Origin: Propionibacteriaceae bacterium
GTDB lineage: Bacteria; Actinomycetota; Actinomycetes; Propionibacteriales; Propionibacteriaceae
NCBI GenBank assembly: GCA_035265505.1
Contig: DATFOP010000231.1
Span: 1 to 40,390, forward strand
Direction of reading: 5' to 3'
Length of the DNA stretch: 40,390 nucleotides
Shown here: one piece after another, positions 21,303 to 34,046 of the stretch
Layout of the letters: each line of letters starts with the position of its first letter
Numbering within the stretch: the first letter of the stretch is position 1
Notes under the pieces: generated by a model
The model's input: only the letters and a program-made list of their open reading frames with translations
Databases searched by the model: none
Told to the model about the DNA's origin: nothing
Made by a program: the position numbers and the translations under genes

Positions 21303-22291
21303 GCCCGGATAGCGAAGACCATCTGGGCGCGGCGTTGCGCTGGGGCCTTCGGCCATCGCTGCCGGCGGTCGTCGCCTTCGGTGGCGGCCACGGCCTATCG
21401 ACGTCGCTGACCGCGCTGCGGCGGATCACGGATCGTCTTACCGCCATCGTGACCGTTGCGGACGACGGCGGGTCCTCCGGCCGATTACGAGCCGAGCTGA
21501 ACTGCCTGCCGCCGGGTGATCTTCGGATGGCACTGGCGGCGCTCTGCGGCGACGACGAATCCGGCCGCACCTGGGCTGACGTGCTGCAATACCGGTTCTC
21601 GAGCACGGGTCCGCTGGGTGATCACGCCATTGGCAACCTTCTGATAGCCGGTCTTTGGGAGCGTCTTGGGGACCCGGTCGCCGGACTCGACATGGTTGCC
21701 CGACTTCTTGGCGCCAAGGGCCGCGTGTTGCCGATGGCGTCTGTGCCGCTGGGGATCGAGGCCGAAGTGATTGGCCTCGACCCTCGCCGCCCGGACGAAC
21801 CGACGGTCGTCCGCGGACAGGCGCGGGTGGCCAAGACGGCGGGCGAGGTACGAGCGGTCCGGGTGATTCCCCATGATCCGCCGGCCTGTCCCGAATCGAT
21901 CGAGGTGGTGCTCGATGCGGACTGGGTGGTGTTGGGGCCTGGATCGTGGTTCACGTCGGTGATCCCGCACCTGCTGGTTCCGAAGCTGGCCCACAGCATC
22001 GTCGAGACCCAAGCCAAGCGGCTGCTCACCCTGAACCTCGAGCCGGCAGGGGAGACCGCAGGCTTTACCGCGGCACGACACATCGAGTTGTTGGCTGAGC
22101 ACGCCCCCCACCTTCGGTTGGATGTCGTGTTGGCCGACCGCCGGTTCGCCTCTGAGGACATTCATCTGGCCGACTGGGCACACTCGTTGGGCGCTCGATT
22201 GGTCATCGCTGATCTTGCGGCCCGGGACGGGTCTGCCCGGCATGACCCACTGCGGCTCGCGTCCGCGTATGCCGAGATCATGGGCGTCTGA
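21299..22291 (+). CDS. yvcK: YvcK/GlmR (CuvA) UDP-GlcNAc-binding gluconeogenesis factor
   Basis: [38 protein letters not shown]; GTGA overlap with rapZ. Confidence 0.93.
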   Translation: MSPDSEDHLGAALRWGLRPSLPAVVAFGGGHGLSTSLTALRRITDRLTAIVTVADDGGSSGRLRAELNCLPPGDLRMALAALCGDDESGRTWADVLQYRFSSTGPLGDHAIGNLLIAGLWERLGDPVAGLDMVARLLGAKGRVLPMASVPLGIEAEVIGLDPRRPDEPTVVRGQARVAKTAGEVRAVRVIPHDPPACPESIEVVLDADWVVLGPGSWFTSVIPHLLVPKLAHSIVETQAKRLLTLNLEPAGETAGFTAARHIELLAEHAPHLRLDVVLADRRFASEDIHLADWAHSLGARLVIADLAARDGSARHDPLRLASAYAEIMGV

Positions 22292-22328
22292 CGCATCGGC
22301 CGAGCCGTATGCGTGTCATCATTTCCCA

Positions 22329-23309
22329 ATGGCAATGACCGCCCAGGTGAAAGCGGAGCTGGCCACCGTCAAGGTCACCAAGCCCTGCTGCCGGAAGTCT
22401 GAGGTGGCGGCGATCTTGAGATTCGCCGGCGGTTTGCACATTCACAGTGGCCGAATCCTCATCGAGGCGGAGCTCGATACGGGTGCGGCTGCCCGTCGGC
22501 TGCGCACAGAAATCGGTGAGGTCTTCGGTCACCCGAGCGATTTGGTCGTCGTCTCGGGCTCGGGGATCCGCCGCGGAACCCGTTACGTCGTTCGGGTGAT
22601 CAAGGACGGCGAGGCGCTCGCCCGTCAGACCGGGTTGATCGACTCTCGTGGTCGGCCGGCGCGGGGGTTGCCGGCGCAGGTTGTCAGCGGCGGCCTTTGT
22701 GACTGCGTGGCTGCCTGGCGTGGCGCCTTTCTGGCTCACGGCTCCCTCACCGAGCCGGGGCGTTCCATGGCCCTCGAAGTCAGTTGTCCCGGCCCGGAGG
22801 CCGCCCTAGCCCTGGTCGGAGCGGCCCGGCGGCTCGGAATCAGCGCAAAGGCGCGGGAGGTGCGCAACATCGACCGGGTCGTCGTCCGCGACGGCGACGC
22901 CATTGCTGCGTTGCTGACCCGGCTGGGTGCCCACGAGTCCCTGTTGTCCTGGGAAGAGCGGCGGATGCGGCGCGAGGTCAAGGCTTCCGCCAATCGGCTC
23001 GCCAACTTCGACGATGCGAATCTTCGTCGGTCGGCACGCGCAGCGGTGGCGGCCGGTGCCCGGGTTGAGCGCGCGCTGGAGATCCTCGGCCAGGACGTTC
23101 CAGATCATCTTCGTGCTGCGGGTGTGTTGCGCATCGAGAACAAGCAGGCGAGCCTTGAGGAGCTGGGCCAGCTGCACGACCCCCAGCTCACCAAGGATGC
23201 TGTGGCGGGCCGGATCCGCCGGCTGCTGGCAACCGCGGACCGCCGTGCCGCTGAACTCGGCATTCCGAACACCGAAGCCAATCTCGCCGCAGATCTGCTG
23301 GAGGACTAA
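22329..23309 (+). CDS. whiA: DNA-binding protein WhiA
   Basis: [11 protein letters not shown] start, [30 protein letters not shown]. Confidence 0.96.
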   Translation: MAMTAQVKAELATVKVTKPCCRKSEVAAILRFAGGLHIHSGRILIEAELDTGAAARRLRTEIGEVFGHPSDLVVVSGSGIRRGTRYVVRVIKDGEALARQTGLIDSRGRPARGLPAQVVSGGLCDCVAAWRGAFLAHGSLTEPGRSMALEVSCPGPEAALALVGAARRLGISAKAREVRNIDRVVVRDGDAIAALLTRLGAHESLLSWEERRMRREVKASANRLANFDDANLRRSARAAVAAGARVERALEILGQDVPDHLRAAGVLRIENKQASLEELGQLHDPQLTKDAVAGRIRRLLATADRRAAELGIPNTEANLAADLLED

Positions 23310-23359
23310 TCCTCTAGCCGGGAGCCGGAGAAATCAGACCACTGGGCAACCGGTCATAA

Positions 23360-24436
<1,077 letters not shown>

Positions 24437-24445
24437 CCTCGAGTC

Positions 24446-24509
24446 CTGAGCCTGCCAAACGACGTGCCCTGAGCTCGTCGCCGAGCGGTCTGCGCTCGAC
24501 AGGCTCAGC
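24446..24509. repeat. REP-like repeat cluster / hairpin between gap and pgk
   Basis: CTGAGCCTG (24446-54), CCCTGAGCTCGTCG (24467-80) and inverted CTCGACAGGCTCAGC (24495-509). Confidence 0.65.
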
Positions 24510-24562
24510 ACACGTCCGCCCGTTCGCCTTCCAACGCGTTCTTGGCCTCGAAAGGACCAATC

Positions 24563-25762
24563 GTGAAGTCAGTTGCTGACCTTGGTGACCTGCGAGGGAA
24601 GCGGGTGCTCATCCGCTGCGACCTCAACGTTCCGCTGGACGGCGAGACGATCACCGATGACGGGCGGATCCGGGGTTCCTTACCAACGCTCAACCAGCTG
24701 CGCGAAGCCGATGCCAAGATCATCGTGCTGGCCCACCTTGGCCGGCCGAAAGGTCAAGTCAACCCGAAGTACTCGCTGACGCCAGCCGCGAAACGCCTCT
24801 CCGAGCTGCTCGGCACCGAGGTGAAACTGGCCCGCGACGTGGTCGGCGAGTCGGCGCAGCAGACGGTGGCGGGACTTGCTGATGGCGACGTGGCGATGCT
24901 GGAAAACGTCCGCTACGAACCCGGTGAGGAATCGAAGGAGGACGCGGAGCGGGGGGCATTGGCCGACAAGTACGCCGCCCTGGGTGACGTCTTCGTGTCC
25001 GATGGCTTCGGCGTCGTCCACCGCAAGCAGGCCAGTGTGTACGACCTAGCCTCGCGGCTGCCCAATGCCGCCGGTGGCCTGGTGAAGGCGGAAGTGGAAG
25101 TGCTCAGGCGGCTCACGGAGAGTCCGCGCCGGCCGTACGTGGTGGTCCTGGGCGGCGCGAAGGTGTCCGACAAGCTGGCGGTGATCCAAAACTTGATGAC
25201 GACCGCCGACACGCTGATTGTCGGTGGCGGCATGGTTTTCACCTTCCTGGCCGCCCAGGGACACGAAGTCGGCAAAAGCCTCCTTGAGCAAGATCAGATC
25301 GAGACGGTCCGGGCGTACCTCGACGACGCCACGGCCAGCGGCAAGCAGATCGTGCTACCGACCGACATTATCGTGGCGCCGGAGTTCAAGGCCGACTCGC
25401 CGCCGAAGGTCGTTCGAGCGGAGGCCATACCCGAAGATCAACTGGGTCTTGACATCGGTCCGGAATCGGCAGAGGCCTTCGCCTCGGTCATCCAGTCGGC
25501 CAAGACCGTGTTCTGGAACGGGCCCATGGGCGTCGCCGAGTGGGATAGCTTCTCGGGCGGCACGAAGGTTGTTGCCCAGGCCCTGACGGAGGTCGACGGC
25601 CTTTCGGTCGTCGGCGGTGGCGACTCCGCAGCCGCCGTCCGCGATCTTGGTTTCCCCGACGACGCTTTCGGTCACATTTCTACCGGCGGCGGCGCCAGCC
25701 TGGAATACCTCGAGGGCAAGACGCTTCCCGGCCTGACCGTTCTCGAGAACGAGAGACACTGA
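24563..25762 (+). CDS. pgk: Phosphoglycerate kinase
   Basis: [45 protein letters not shown]. Confidence 0.98.
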   Translation: MKSVADLGDLRGKRVLIRCDLNVPLDGETITDDGRIRGSLPTLNQLREADAKIIVLAHLGRPKGQVNPKYSLTPAAKRLSELLGTEVKLARDVVGESAQQTVAGLADGDVAMLENVRYEPGEESKEDAERGALADKYAALGDVFVSDGFGVVHRKQASVYDLASRLPNAAGGLVKAEVEVLRRLTESPRRPYVVVLGGAKVSDKLAVIQNLMTTADTLIVGGGMVFTFLAAQGHEVGKSLLEQDQIETVRAYLDDATASGKQIVLPTDIIVAPEFKADSPPKVVRAEAIPEDQLGLDIGPESAEAFASVIQSAKTVFWNGPMGVAEWDSFSGGTKVVAQALTEVDGLSVVGGGDSAAAVRDLGFPDDAFGHISTGGGASLEYLEGKTLPGLTVLENERH

Positions 25763-26550
25763 TGCCTCGCAAGCCACTGATGGCCGGCAACTGGAAGATG
25801 AACCTCAATCACGTCGAGGCGGTCGGCCTGGTGCAAAAGCTGGCCTGGACCTTGGACGACAAGAAACACGACCCGGATAAGTCGGAGGTGGTCGTGTTGC
25901 CACCGTTCACCGATCTCCGCACGGTCCAGACCTTGATCGAAGGCGACCGACTGGATCTCGGCTACGGCGCCCAGGACGTCTCCCCGTTCGAGAACGGGGC
26001 CTACACCGGCGACGTGTCCGCGTCGATGCTGGCCAAGCTTGGTTGCCACTATGTCCTCGTCGGTCACTCCGAACGCCGCCAGATCTACGGGGAGACCGAC
26101 GAGTTGGTCAACGCCAAGGCCAGGATGGCGCTGAACCACGGTCTCACGCCCATCGTGTGTGTCGGCGAGGGCATCGAGGTCCGCGAGGAGATGGACCAGG
26201 TCGAGTTCACCATCGCGCTGGTCTCCCAAGCGCTGGCGAATCTCACCCTGGAGCAGATCGGCTCGCTGGTGGTCGCGTACGAGCCGGTGTGGGCGATCGG
26301 TACGGGTCGGGTGGCCACCCCTGAGGACGCCCAGGAGGTCTGCGGATCCATTCGGGAGTGGATTGGGCAGTGGTACGACCGCGGTGTCGCCCAGCAAGTA
26401 CGCATTCTGTACGGCGGCTCCGTTAAGGCGAGCAATGTCGTGGAGATCATGGCTCAGCCGGACGTGGACGGTTGCCTGGTCGGCGGGGCAAGTCTGGTCG
26501 TCGACGAGTTTGTCGCGATCTCGCGGTTCTACGATCTCCCCACTCTCTAA
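25762..26550 (+). CDS. tpiA: Triosephosphate isomerase
   Basis: [37 protein letters not shown]. Confidence 0.98.
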   Translation: MPRKPLMAGNWKMNLNHVEAVGLVQKLAWTLDDKKHDPDKSEVVVLPPFTDLRTVQTLIEGDRLDLGYGAQDVSPFENGAYTGDVSASMLAKLGCHYVLVGHSERRQIYGETDELVNAKARMALNHGLTPIVCVGEGIEVREEMDQVEFTIALVSQALANLTLEQIGSLVVAYEPVWAIGTGRVATPEDAQEVCGSIREWIGQWYDRGVAQQVRILYGGSVKASNVVEIMAQPDVDGCLVGGASLVVDEFVAISRFYDLPTL

Positions 26551-26592
26551 CAGCAGTGCGGAATCGGCCGACTTCTGAGTTAGGCTACGTCA

Positions 26593-26862
26593 GTGCATTT
26601 CGCTGTCGTGCCGTTGATGACGACTCCGATATTGATCTTTTCGATCGTCTTGTCGATCACCAGCATTGCGCTGGCCCTTTTCGTTCTGATGCATAAAGGG
26701 CGCGGCGGCGGCCTCTCGGATTTGTTCGGTGGAGGCATCTCGTCATCGTTGGGCGGCTCCTCGGTGGCGGAGCGCAATCTCGACCGGCTGACGATCATCA
26801 TCGGCGTGGTTTGGCTCGCCTCGATTGTGGCTCTTGGCTTGCTCTACAAGCTGGGTGCCTGA
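26593..26862 (+). CDS. secG: Preprotein translocase subunit SecG
   Basis: LMHKGRGGGLSDLFGGG..SSVAERNLDRLT, two TMs. Start is 26593 (TAGGCT 6 nt upstream) or 26617. Confidence 0.93.
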   Translation: MHFAVVPLMTTPILIFSIVLSITSIALALFVLMHKGRGGGLSDLFGGGISSSLGGSSVAERNLDRLTIIIGVVWLASIVALGLLYKLGA

Positions 26863-26911
26863 GTACCCCGCAAAATGCATTTTCACGACTAAATAGTGAA
26901 GGGGAGTGACC

Positions 26912-27268
26912 GTGGCAGGTGGTAGTGCCATCCGTGGCAGCCGGGTGGGCGCGGGGCCGATGGGCGAAGCGGAGCGTGGCGACACGGCGCCACGACTCTA
27001 TGTGTCCTACTTCTGTGCCCACGGCCACGAAACCCGTCCGGCCTTTGCCGCCGACGCGCAGATCCCGGACAGCTGGGATTGCCCACGCTGCGGCCTACCC
27101 TCCAACCTCGACTCCACCAATCCGCCGCCGCCTCCCAAGATCGAGCCGTACAAGACCCATCTGGCATACGTGAAGGAGCGCCGCACCGACAAGGAGGCGG
27201 CCGCCATCCTGTCAGAAGCGCTTCAGGCGCTACGCGACCGCCGCGATCGGGGCGAGGTCATCTACTAG
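26912..27268 (+). CDS. rbpA: RNA polymerase-binding protein RbpA family
   Basis: AIRGSRVG, C..GH, WDCPRCG, KTHLAYVKERRT; position after secG. Confidence 0.92.
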   Translation: MAGGSAIRGSRVGAGPMGEAERGDTAPRLYVSYFCAHGHETRPAFAADAQIPDSWDCPRCGLPSNLDSTNPPPPPKIEPYKTHLAYVKERRTDKEAAAILSEALQALRDRRDRGEVIY

Positions 27269-28017
27269 ATACGGCCGCGTTGTTGGAGGTCGGCTGGTAG
27301 CTCGGCTGCCGCGTCGCGGTCCAGCAGCCACAGCGTCCGATCCACGGCGGAGACGCCGGCGGCGGGTACCTGGACCGGCCCGGCGCCGAGCAGAGCCATT
27401 TTGGCCGCGGCCGCCTTGTCGGATCCACTCACCAGAAACCAGACCTCCCGGGACCGATTGAGAACGGGAAGCGTGAGGCTGATGCGCTCTGGAGGCGGCT
27501 TCGGTGAAGATCGGACCGCGATCACCTCGCCGGTCTCGTACGACGACGGGTGCTCGGGAAAGATCGACGCCACGTGCCCGTCTGGACCCATGCCAAGGAG
27601 GCAGACGTCGAAGACCGTCGAGCCTAGCTCACGGGCGTACTCCTCCGCGGCCCGATCAAGGTCCAGGCCGGCGTCGCTAGCCGGCATGGGGTGAATCCGG
27701 TCGGTGCTCAACGGGAGCGGCTCGACCAGCAGTTCCAAAGCCTGCGTGTCGTTGCGATCTGAGTGACCGGCGGGAACGAACCGCTCATCGCCCCACCACA
27801 GCTCCACCCGAGACCAGTCAACCGCCGACCGTGCTCCCTCGGCCCCGAGCCGCTGGTAGGCCTTGGTCGCAATTCGGCCGCCGGTCATCCCAATTTGGGG
27901 AATGCGGAAGTCACGCTGAATCTCGACCAGCCGGGCCAGCAGCCGAGCAGCCAGCGCCTCGGCCACATCATCCGGCCCGGCATGAACGAGGACCTCATTA
28001 CCGCCGACGTCAACCAC
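27265..28017 (-). CDS. pgl: 6-phosphogluconolactonase
   Basis: TGGR, WWGDERFVP, LLGMGPDGHVAS, SPKPPPERISLT. Confidence 0.95.
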   Translation of the reverse strand: MVDVGGNEVLVHAGPDDVAEALAARLLARLVEIQRDFRIPQIGMTGGRIATKAYQRLGAEGARSAVDWSRVELWWGDERFVPAGHSDRNDTQALELLVEPLPLSTDRIHPMPASDAGLDLDRAAEEYARELGSTVFDVCLLGMGPDGHVASIFPEHPSSYETGEVIAVRSSPKPPPERISLTLPVLNRSREVWFLVSGSDKAAAAKMALLGAGPVQVPAAGVSAVDRTLWLLDRDAAAELPADLQQRGRI

Positions 28018-29032
28018 GGGTCCGGCCCACCGCACTCTTTTTGGCCGCTTGCTTCGCCGCCGGCTTCTTGGCTGCCGACTTTCTGGCTGCTGATTTCTTG
28101 GCTGCCGGCTTCTTGGCTGTCCGCTTGCTTGCAGCCGGGGGATGAACGAAGGTCTTCACGATCGACTCGAACACGTCGTCGGGATGCATTCGACGCAGTT
28201 CCTCGCTGATCAGTTCGGTGACCTCACGACGCTTCAGAGCGACGAGCCGCTCCGGCTGACCGGGCACTGTGTAGGACGCCAGCAGCCCGTCGGGCCGGGT
28301 GATCGCGATGTCACCGGCTGCGGTACCGAGGCGGACGGCGGTAATTCCGGGCCCGTCGCTCACCCGCCGGCTGACGTCGAGTTTCAGCCGGCTCTGCAGC
28401 CACGCGGCCAGCAGGTCTGCGGACGGATTGTTTGACTCCGCCTCCACCAGCACGGAGGTGATCTTCGAGGGGTACTGGTCGAGGGCGGCGGCCAACAGAG
28501 CTCGCCACGGAGTCAGCCGGGTCCAGCTGAGGTCGGTATCACCCGGCGTGTAGTTCTCGGCCCGCGTCCGCAACGCCGCCAGGGGCCGCGTGGCGGTCGC
28601 GGCGTCAGTGAGCCGGCGCTTCGCGAGCTGGGCGAGCTCGTCCGCTGCCAGATTCGTCGGGCATTTGCCTGGCCACCAGATGACCACGGGGGAGTCGGGC
28701 AGCAGGAGCGGACGGATCACTGACGCCGGATGCGCTGCGATCGCTCCGCGCATCCGAATGATCACGACCTCTCCGGGTGTTCCTTCGCCGATCCTGACCT
28801 CGGCGTCGAGCAACGCGGTTCGCCCTTGTCCGCTGACCACGAGCAGGATCCGCGACGGATGCTCCCGGCCCGCTTCCATGCTGGCCTTCAACGCGGCCTC
28901 GTACTCCGACTCGTCGCAGACGATGATCAAGGTGAGCACCATGCCCATGGCCGGACTGCCGGCGCTCCGCCGGGCCTTGAGCAGTGCTGCGGAGATCTTT
29001 GCCGCGTTGGTGTTGGTCAGGGTCACCCCCAT
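28010..29032 (-). CDS. opcA: Glucose-6-phosphate dehydrogenase assembly protein OpcA with Lys/Ala-rich tail
   Basis: REHPSRI, PLLLPDSPVVIWWP, PGDTDLSWTRLTPWR; lies between zwf and pgl. Confidence 0.94.
   Translation of the reverse strand: MGVTLTNTNAAKISAALLKARRSAGSPAMGMVLTLIIVCDESEYEAALKASMEAGREHPSRILLVVSGQGRTALLDAEVRIGEGTPGEVVIIRMRGAIAAHPASVIRPLLLPDSPVVIWWPGKCPTNLAADELAQLAKRRLTDAATATRPLAALRTRAENYTPGDTDLSWTRLTPWRALLAAALDQYPSKITSVLVEAESNNPSADLLAAWLQSRLKLDVSRRVSDGPGITAVRLGTAAGDIAITRPDGLLASYTVPGQPERLVALKRREVTELISEELRRMHPDDVFESIVKTFVHPPAASKRTAKKPAAKKSAARKSAAKKPAAKQAAKKSAVGRTRG
28061..28120. repeat. 15-nt tandem repeat (4 copies) encoding AKKPA-like units
   Basis: cggcttcttggctgc / cgactttctggctgc / tgatttcttggctgc / cggcttcttggctgt. 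Confidence 0.85.
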
Positions 29033-29050
29033 CGGCTGGCTCCTGTCAAG

Positions 29051-29101
29051 GTCGTCCGCCGGACGGCGGTGTTCATGTCGTCCTCCGGACGACGGTGTTC
29101 A
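29051..29101. repeat. 26-nt period tandem duplication, each unit a hairpin
   Basis: gtcgtccgccggacggcggtgttca (29051-75) and gtcgtcctccggacgacggtgttca (29077-101). Confidence 0.85.
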
Positions 29102-30631
29102 CGGCCGCCGCCAGGCGAACCCGTCGCGAGCCAGCATGTCGTTGGCGCTGGAAGGACCCCAGCCACCCGGCTCGTACGGTTCTGGCTGGTCGGGCAACGT
29201 CGCCCAGAAGTCCAAGATCGGATCAAGAATCTCCCAGGACAGCTCAACCTCTTCGTGCTGCGGGAACAGCGGCGGGTCACCGAGCAGCACGTCCAAGATC
29301 AACCGCTCGTACGCCTCCGGCGACGACTCCGTGAACGAGCCGCCGTAGGCGAAGTCCATGTTCACTTCGCGGATCTCCATCTGGGTACCGGGCACCTTGG
29401 CGCCGAAACGCAGGGTCACGCCCTCGTCAGGCTGGATCCGGAGCACCAAGGCGTTGTAGCCCAACTCCTCGGTGTCGGTTTGGGTGAAGGGAAGGTGAGG
29501 GGCGCGTTTGAAGCCCAGCGCGATCTCGGTTACCCGCCGAGCCAGCCGCTTGCCGGTGCGCAGGTAGAACGGCACCCCGGCCCAACGGCGGTTGTCGATG
29601 TCCAGTCGGATCGCGGCGAAGGTCTCGGTCTTCGAATCGGGCGGGATCCGGTCCTCTTCGAGATATCCCTTGACTTTCTCCCCACCCGCCCAGCCTCCGG
29701 TGTAGGCCCCCCGTGCAGTCTGCAGGTCCATTCGGTTCGGCGGTTCGACTGCGGCGAGGACCTTCTGCTTCTCGGCGCGGAGCTGGCTCGCCTCAAAGGA
29801 CGTCGGCTCTTCCATCGCGGTCAACGCCAGAAGCTGCATGAGGTGGTTCTGGATCACGTCTCGGGCGATGCCGATGCCGTCGAAGTAGCCGGCTCGCCCA
29901 CCGATGCCGATGTCCTCGGCCATGGTGATCTGGACATGATCGACATAGTGGTTGTTCCACACCGGCTCGAACAGCTGGTTCGCGAAGCGCAGTGCCAACA
30001 TGTTCTGAACCGTTTCCTTGCCGAGGTAGTGATCGATGCGAAACACCGATGACGGCGGAAATACGCTGGACACGATGTGGTTCAGCTCGCGGGCGCTGGC
30101 GAGGTCGTGTCCGAACGGCTTCTCGATCACCACCCGGCTCCACCGGCCCGGCTGCTGCTCTGCCAGGCCGTGCGAGCGAAGTTGGTCCACCACCGTCTGG
30201 AACAGTCCGGGCGGGATCGACAGATAGAACGCGTGGTTTCCACCGGTACCCCGCGCCTCGTCCAGGTCGGCGATCGTGTCGGCGAGATCGGCGAACGATT
30301 CGTCGTCGCCGATCTCGCCGGGTACGAACCGAATGCCTTCGGAGAGCTGCTGCCAGACCTCTTCGCGGAACGGTGTGCGCGCGTTTTGCCGCACGGCGTC
30401 GTGGACCACCTTTGCGAAGTCGTGGTGATGCCATCCACGGCGTGCGTATCCGACCAGGGCGAAACCGGGAGGCAGCAGCCCCCGGTTTGCCAGGTCGTAG
30501 ACCGCCGGCATCAACTTCTTGGTCGACAGATCACCCGTGACGCCGAAGATCACCAGGACGCACGGTCCGGCGATCCTCGGCAGTCGGCGGTCGTGCGGAT
30601 CGCGGAGGAGGTTGGGGTGGCGTTCAGCCAT
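29099..30631 (-). CDS. zwf: Glucose-6-phosphate 1-dehydrogenase
   Basis: IFGVTGDL, EKPFG, RIDHYLGKETVQN, RWAGVPFYLRTGK. Confidence 0.98.
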   Translation of the reverse strand: MAERHPNLLRDPHDRRLPRIAGPCVLVIFGVTGDLSTKKLMPAVYDLANRGLLPPGFALVGYARRGWHHHDFAKVVHDAVRQNARTPFREEVWQQLSEGIRFVPGEIGDDESFADLADTIADLDEARGTGGNHAFYLSIPPGLFQTVVDQLRSHGLAEQQPGRWSRVVIEKPFGHDLASARELNHIVSSVFPPSSVFRIDHYLGKETVQNMLALRFANQLFEPVWNNHYVDHVQITMAEDIGIGGRAGYFDGIGIARDVIQNHLMQLLALTAMEEPTSFEASQLRAEKQKVLAAVEPPNRMDLQTARGAYTGGWAGGEKVKGYLEEDRIPPDSKTETFAAIRLDIDNRRWAGVPFYLRTGKRLARRVTEIALGFKRAPHLPFTQTDTEELGYNALVLRIQPDEGVTLRFGAKVPGTQMEIREVNMDFAYGGSFTESSPEAYERLILDVLLGDPPLFPQHEEVELSWEILDPILDFWATLPDQPEPYEPGGWGPSSANDMLARDGFAWRRP

Positions 30632-31794
30632 CAACTGACGTCGTGATCGACGGTCGGCGAAGCGCTGGAGCCCGGATTCGGCTTGCCGGCCTTGGCCTCG
30701 TCGAGCGCGATCTGGACGTCTTCCACCAGCTCCGCCCACGACGCATCGAACTTCTGGACACCCTCGCGCTCGAGGACCTGCACCACGTCGTCGAAATCGA
30801 TCCCCAGACTGGCCAGGTCGTCGAAGAGCCGTTGTGCTTCGGCCTTGGTCCCACTGACCTGATCACCACGCACCTCGCCATGATCGGCAAAGGCTTGAAG
30901 GGTTTTCTCCGGCATGGTGTTGACGGTGTTCGCGACCACGAGGTCTGTGACGTACATGGTGTCTGAATAGGCCGGATCCTTGACGCCCGTCGACGCCCAC
31001 AGCGGCCGTTGCTTGTTGGCGCCCTTCTCCGCCAGAGCCGCAAATCGCGCGTCACCGAACTTCTCTTCGTACAGGGCGTAAGCCAGCCGCGCGTTTGCGA
31101 TGGCCGCCTTGCCCTTCAAGGACTTGGCCTGATCGGAGCCGATGGCGTCGAGCCGCTTGTCCACCTCGGTGTCCACCCGGGAGACGAAGAATGATGCGAC
31201 GGAGTGGATCTGGCTCAGGTCGTGTCCGTTCGCGGCGGCCTGCTCAAGGCCGGCGAGGTAGGCGTCGATGACTGCGCCATAGCGTTCCAGGGCGAAGATC
31301 AACGTCACATTCACGCTGATGCCCTCGGCGATGGTGGCGGTAATGGCGGGCAGGCCCGGTTCGGTGGCCGGGATCTTGATCAGCGTGTTGGGTCGGTCGA
31401 CGATCTTCCACAGGTCCGCGGCCTGCGCGATAGTGGCTTCGGTATCCATGGCGAGGCCAGGATCGACCTCGATCGAGACCCGGCCGTCCACGCCGCCTGA
31501 GCCGGCATGGGTGGCGGCGAGCACGTCGCAGGCGTCGCGCACGTCGTCGGTCGTCACCGCCTTGATCGCGTCTTCGACGCTGGAATCGAGCGACGCCAGT
31601 TCCCGAATCTGGTCGTCATACTCGTGGCCCTTGGCAATCGCGGTCGCGAAGATGGTGGGGTTGGTGGTGACGCCAACGACGAATGATTCGCGAACCAGTT
31701 CGACGAGATTGCCCGTGTGGAGCCGTTCGCGGGAGAGGTCGTCCAACCAAATGGAGACGCCCGCGTCCGCGAGGGCCTTAAGTCGATCGTTCAT
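30631..31794 (-). CDS. tal: Transaldolase
   Basis: [49 protein letters not shown]. Confidence 0.97.
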   Translation of the reverse strand: MNDRLKALADAGVSIWLDDLSRERLHTGNLVELVRESFVVGVTTNPTIFATAIAKGHEYDDQIRELASLDSSVEDAIKAVTTDDVRDACDVLAATHAGSGGVDGRVSIEVDPGLAMDTEATIAQAADLWKIVDRPNTLIKIPATEPGLPAITATIAEGISVNVTLIFALERYGAVIDAYLAGLEQAAANGHDLSQIHSVASFFVSRVDTEVDKRLDAIGSDQAKSLKGKAAIANARLAYALYEEKFGDARFAALAEKGANKQRPLWASTGVKDPAYSDTMYVTDLVVANTVNTMPEKTLQAFADHGEVRGDQVSGTKAEAQRLFDDLASLGIDFDDVVQVLEREGVQKFDASWAELVEDVQIALDEAKAGKPNPGSSASPTVDHDVS

Positions 31795-31862
31795 GATGAT
31801 CCTCCTGGTACTCCGAGATCGATTGAACTCAAGAATCGATGGTTTCCGTCCACGCTCGGCCG

Positions 31863-34046
31863 TTAGCTGATCGTGGCCCCTGGGTCAGACTCCGTGTCGG
31901 CTGGTCCGGCCGACCCGCTGGCTGCGGTATGGACTGATCCGGTTGGTCCGGCCGCCGCCTCGATGCTCTCCTTTGCTGCCGTCACGACGGTGTTGGGAGT
32001 GAAGCCGAACTCCTTGAACAGCACGCTGCCAGCGGCGCTCGCTCCGTAGTGATCAATGCCGATCGTGCGGCCCGCGTCCCCGACGAGATCCCGCCAGCCG
32101 AACCCGACGCCCGCCTCGACGCTCACCCGCGCCTTCACGCCGGGTGGAATCACTGAATCCCGATACGACTGATCTTGTTCGTCGAACCACTCGCGGCAGG
32201 GCATCGACACCACGCGTGCGGCGATGCCCGCGTCGGCGAGCTGGGATTGGGCCTCGATCGCGAGCTGCACCTCAGATCCGGTGCCGATCAGGATGACATC
32301 AGGTTCGCGATCGCTGTCCTTCAAGACGTACCCACCTTTGGCCACACCGGAGGTATCGGCGAAGCCGTCTTGGCCGCGGGGGAAAGTTGGCACGTTCTGC
32401 CGAGTCAAGGCCAACCCGGCGGGCCGGTCGGTGTTCTGGAGAACCTGTGCCCAGGCCGCGGCAGTCTCGTTCGCATCTGCCGGACGAACGATGTCCAGGC
32501 CGGGAATCGCCCGCAGCGCGGTGAGGTGCTCGATCGGTTGATGGGTAGGGCCGTCCTCACCCAGCCCGATGGAGTCGTGGGTCCACACGTAAGTCACGGG
32601 CAACTTCATCAACGCGGCCAGCCGTACGGATGGTCGCATGTAGTCACTGAAGACCAGGAATGTGCCACCGTACGGCCGCAACCCACCATGCACCGCGATG
32701 CCGTTGAGAATCGCGCCCATGCCGTGCTCGCGAATACCGAAGTGCAGCACCCGGCCGTACGGGCCGCCGCTGAACATCTTGCTTTGCCGGTCTGGCGGCA
32801 GAAAACTTGGCTCGCCTTCCGGCGTGGTGTTGTTGGACTCCGCGAGATCGGCCGAGCCACCCCACAGTTCGGGCAGCTTCGGCGCAATCGCTGTCAGCAC
32901 CTCACCGGATGCTTTGCGCGTGGCCATGCCCTTGGCGTCGGCGGGGAAGGTGGGCAGAGCTTCCTTCCAACCGGGAGAGAGCTCGCGCGTCTTCAGCCGC
33001 TCGTGTAGCGCATGGGCGTCGGGATTGGCGGCGGCCCACTCGTCATAGGTCGATTGCCACGCATCTTGGGCTCGTTGCCCACGCTCCCGCAGCAGGCGGG
33101 TGTGGGCGAGCACCTCCTCGGACGCGTCGAAGTCCTTGTCCGGATCGAAGCCCAAGATCTTCTTGGTGGCCGCGACCTCCTCGTCGCCAAGCGCCGCGCC
33201 ATGCGCCTTGCCGGTGCCCTGCGCCTTCGGAGCGGGCCAACCGATGATCGTGCGAAGGTGGATGAAGCTGGGCTGGTCGGTCACGGCTCGCGCAGCTCGC
33301 AGCGCATCGGCGAGGGCGGCGACGTTCTCGGTGTACGGCCCGTCGCCATTCGTCCAGTCAATCTCCTGGACGTGCCAGCCGTATGCGGCATAGCGTGCGG
33401 CCGTGTCCTCGCTGAGCGCGATATTGGTGTCGTCCTCGATCGAGATGTGGTTGGAGTCGTAGATCAGCGTCAGGTTTCCGAGTCGCTGGGTGGCCGCCAA
33501 GGACGACGTTTCCGACGACACTCCTTCCTCGATGTCTCCGTCGGAGGCCAGGCAATAGATGTGATGGTCAAATGGCGACGTATCGGGAGGTGCGTCGGGA
33601 TCGAGCAATCCGCGCTGCCGGCGGGCGGCCATGGCCATGCCGACGGCATTGCCGATGCCCTGGCCTAGTGGGCCGGTCGTCACCTCGACGCCGGCCGTAT
33701 GCCGGTATTCGGGGTGCCCCGGGGTCTTCGAATCCCAGGTGCGCAACGCTTTGAGGTCGTCCAGCTCGAGCCCGAATCCACCCAGGTAGAGCTGGATGTA
33801 GAGGGTCAGACTTGTGTGGCCGCACGACAGCACGAAACGATCCCGCCCGGGCCACTGCGGGTCGGACGGGTTGTGCCGCATGATCTTCTGGAACAGCAGG
33901 TACGCCGCGGGCGCAAGGCTCATCGCCGTGCCCGGATGGCCGTTGCCGACTTTCTGGACTGCGTCGGCGGCGAGCACCCGTGTGGTGTCGACGGCGCGCG
34001 TGTCGAGCTCGGTCCAGCCGTCGGGGGTGATGGCGATATCGGTCAC
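31863..34046 (-). CDS. tkt: Transketolase
   Basis: [54 protein letters not shown]. Confidence 0.98.
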   Translation of the reverse strand: MTDIAITPDGWTELDTRAVDTTRVLAADAVQKVGNGHPGTAMSLAPAAYLLFQKIMRHNPSDPQWPGRDRFVLSCGHTSLTLYIQLYLGGFGLELDDLKALRTWDSKTPGHPEYRHTAGVEVTTGPLGQGIGNAVGMAMAARRQRGLLDPDAPPDTSPFDHHIYCLASDGDIEEGVSSETSSLAATQRLGNLTLIYDSNHISIEDDTNIALSEDTAARYAAYGWHVQEIDWTNGDGPYTENVAALADALRAARAVTDQPSFIHLRTIIGWPAPKAQGTGKAHGAALGDEEVAATKKILGFDPDKDFDASEEVLAHTRLLRERGQRAQDAWQSTYDEWAAANPDAHALHERLKTRELSPGWKEALPTFPADAKGMATRKASGEVLTAIAPKLPELWGGSADLAESNNTTPEGEPSFLPPDRQSKMFSGGPYGRVLHFGIREHGMGAILNGIAVHGGLRPYGGTFLVFSDYMRPSVRLAALMKLPVTYVWTHDSIGLGEDGPTHQPIEHLTALRAIPGLDIVRPADANETAAAWAQVLQNTDRPAGLALTRQNVPTFPRGQDGFADTSGVAKGGYVLKDSDREPDVILIGTGSEVQLAIEAQSQLADAGIAARVVSMPCREWFDEQDQSYRDSVIPPGVKARVSVEAGVGFGWRDLVGDAGRTIGIDHYGASAAGSVLFKEFGFTPNTVVTAAKESIEAAAGPTGSVHTAASGSAGPADTESDPGATIS

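Noticed and set aside
29051-29101. Palindromic direct repeats as a possible mini-CRISPR
   Set aside because: Only two units, separated by 1 nt with no spacer, and no cas genes
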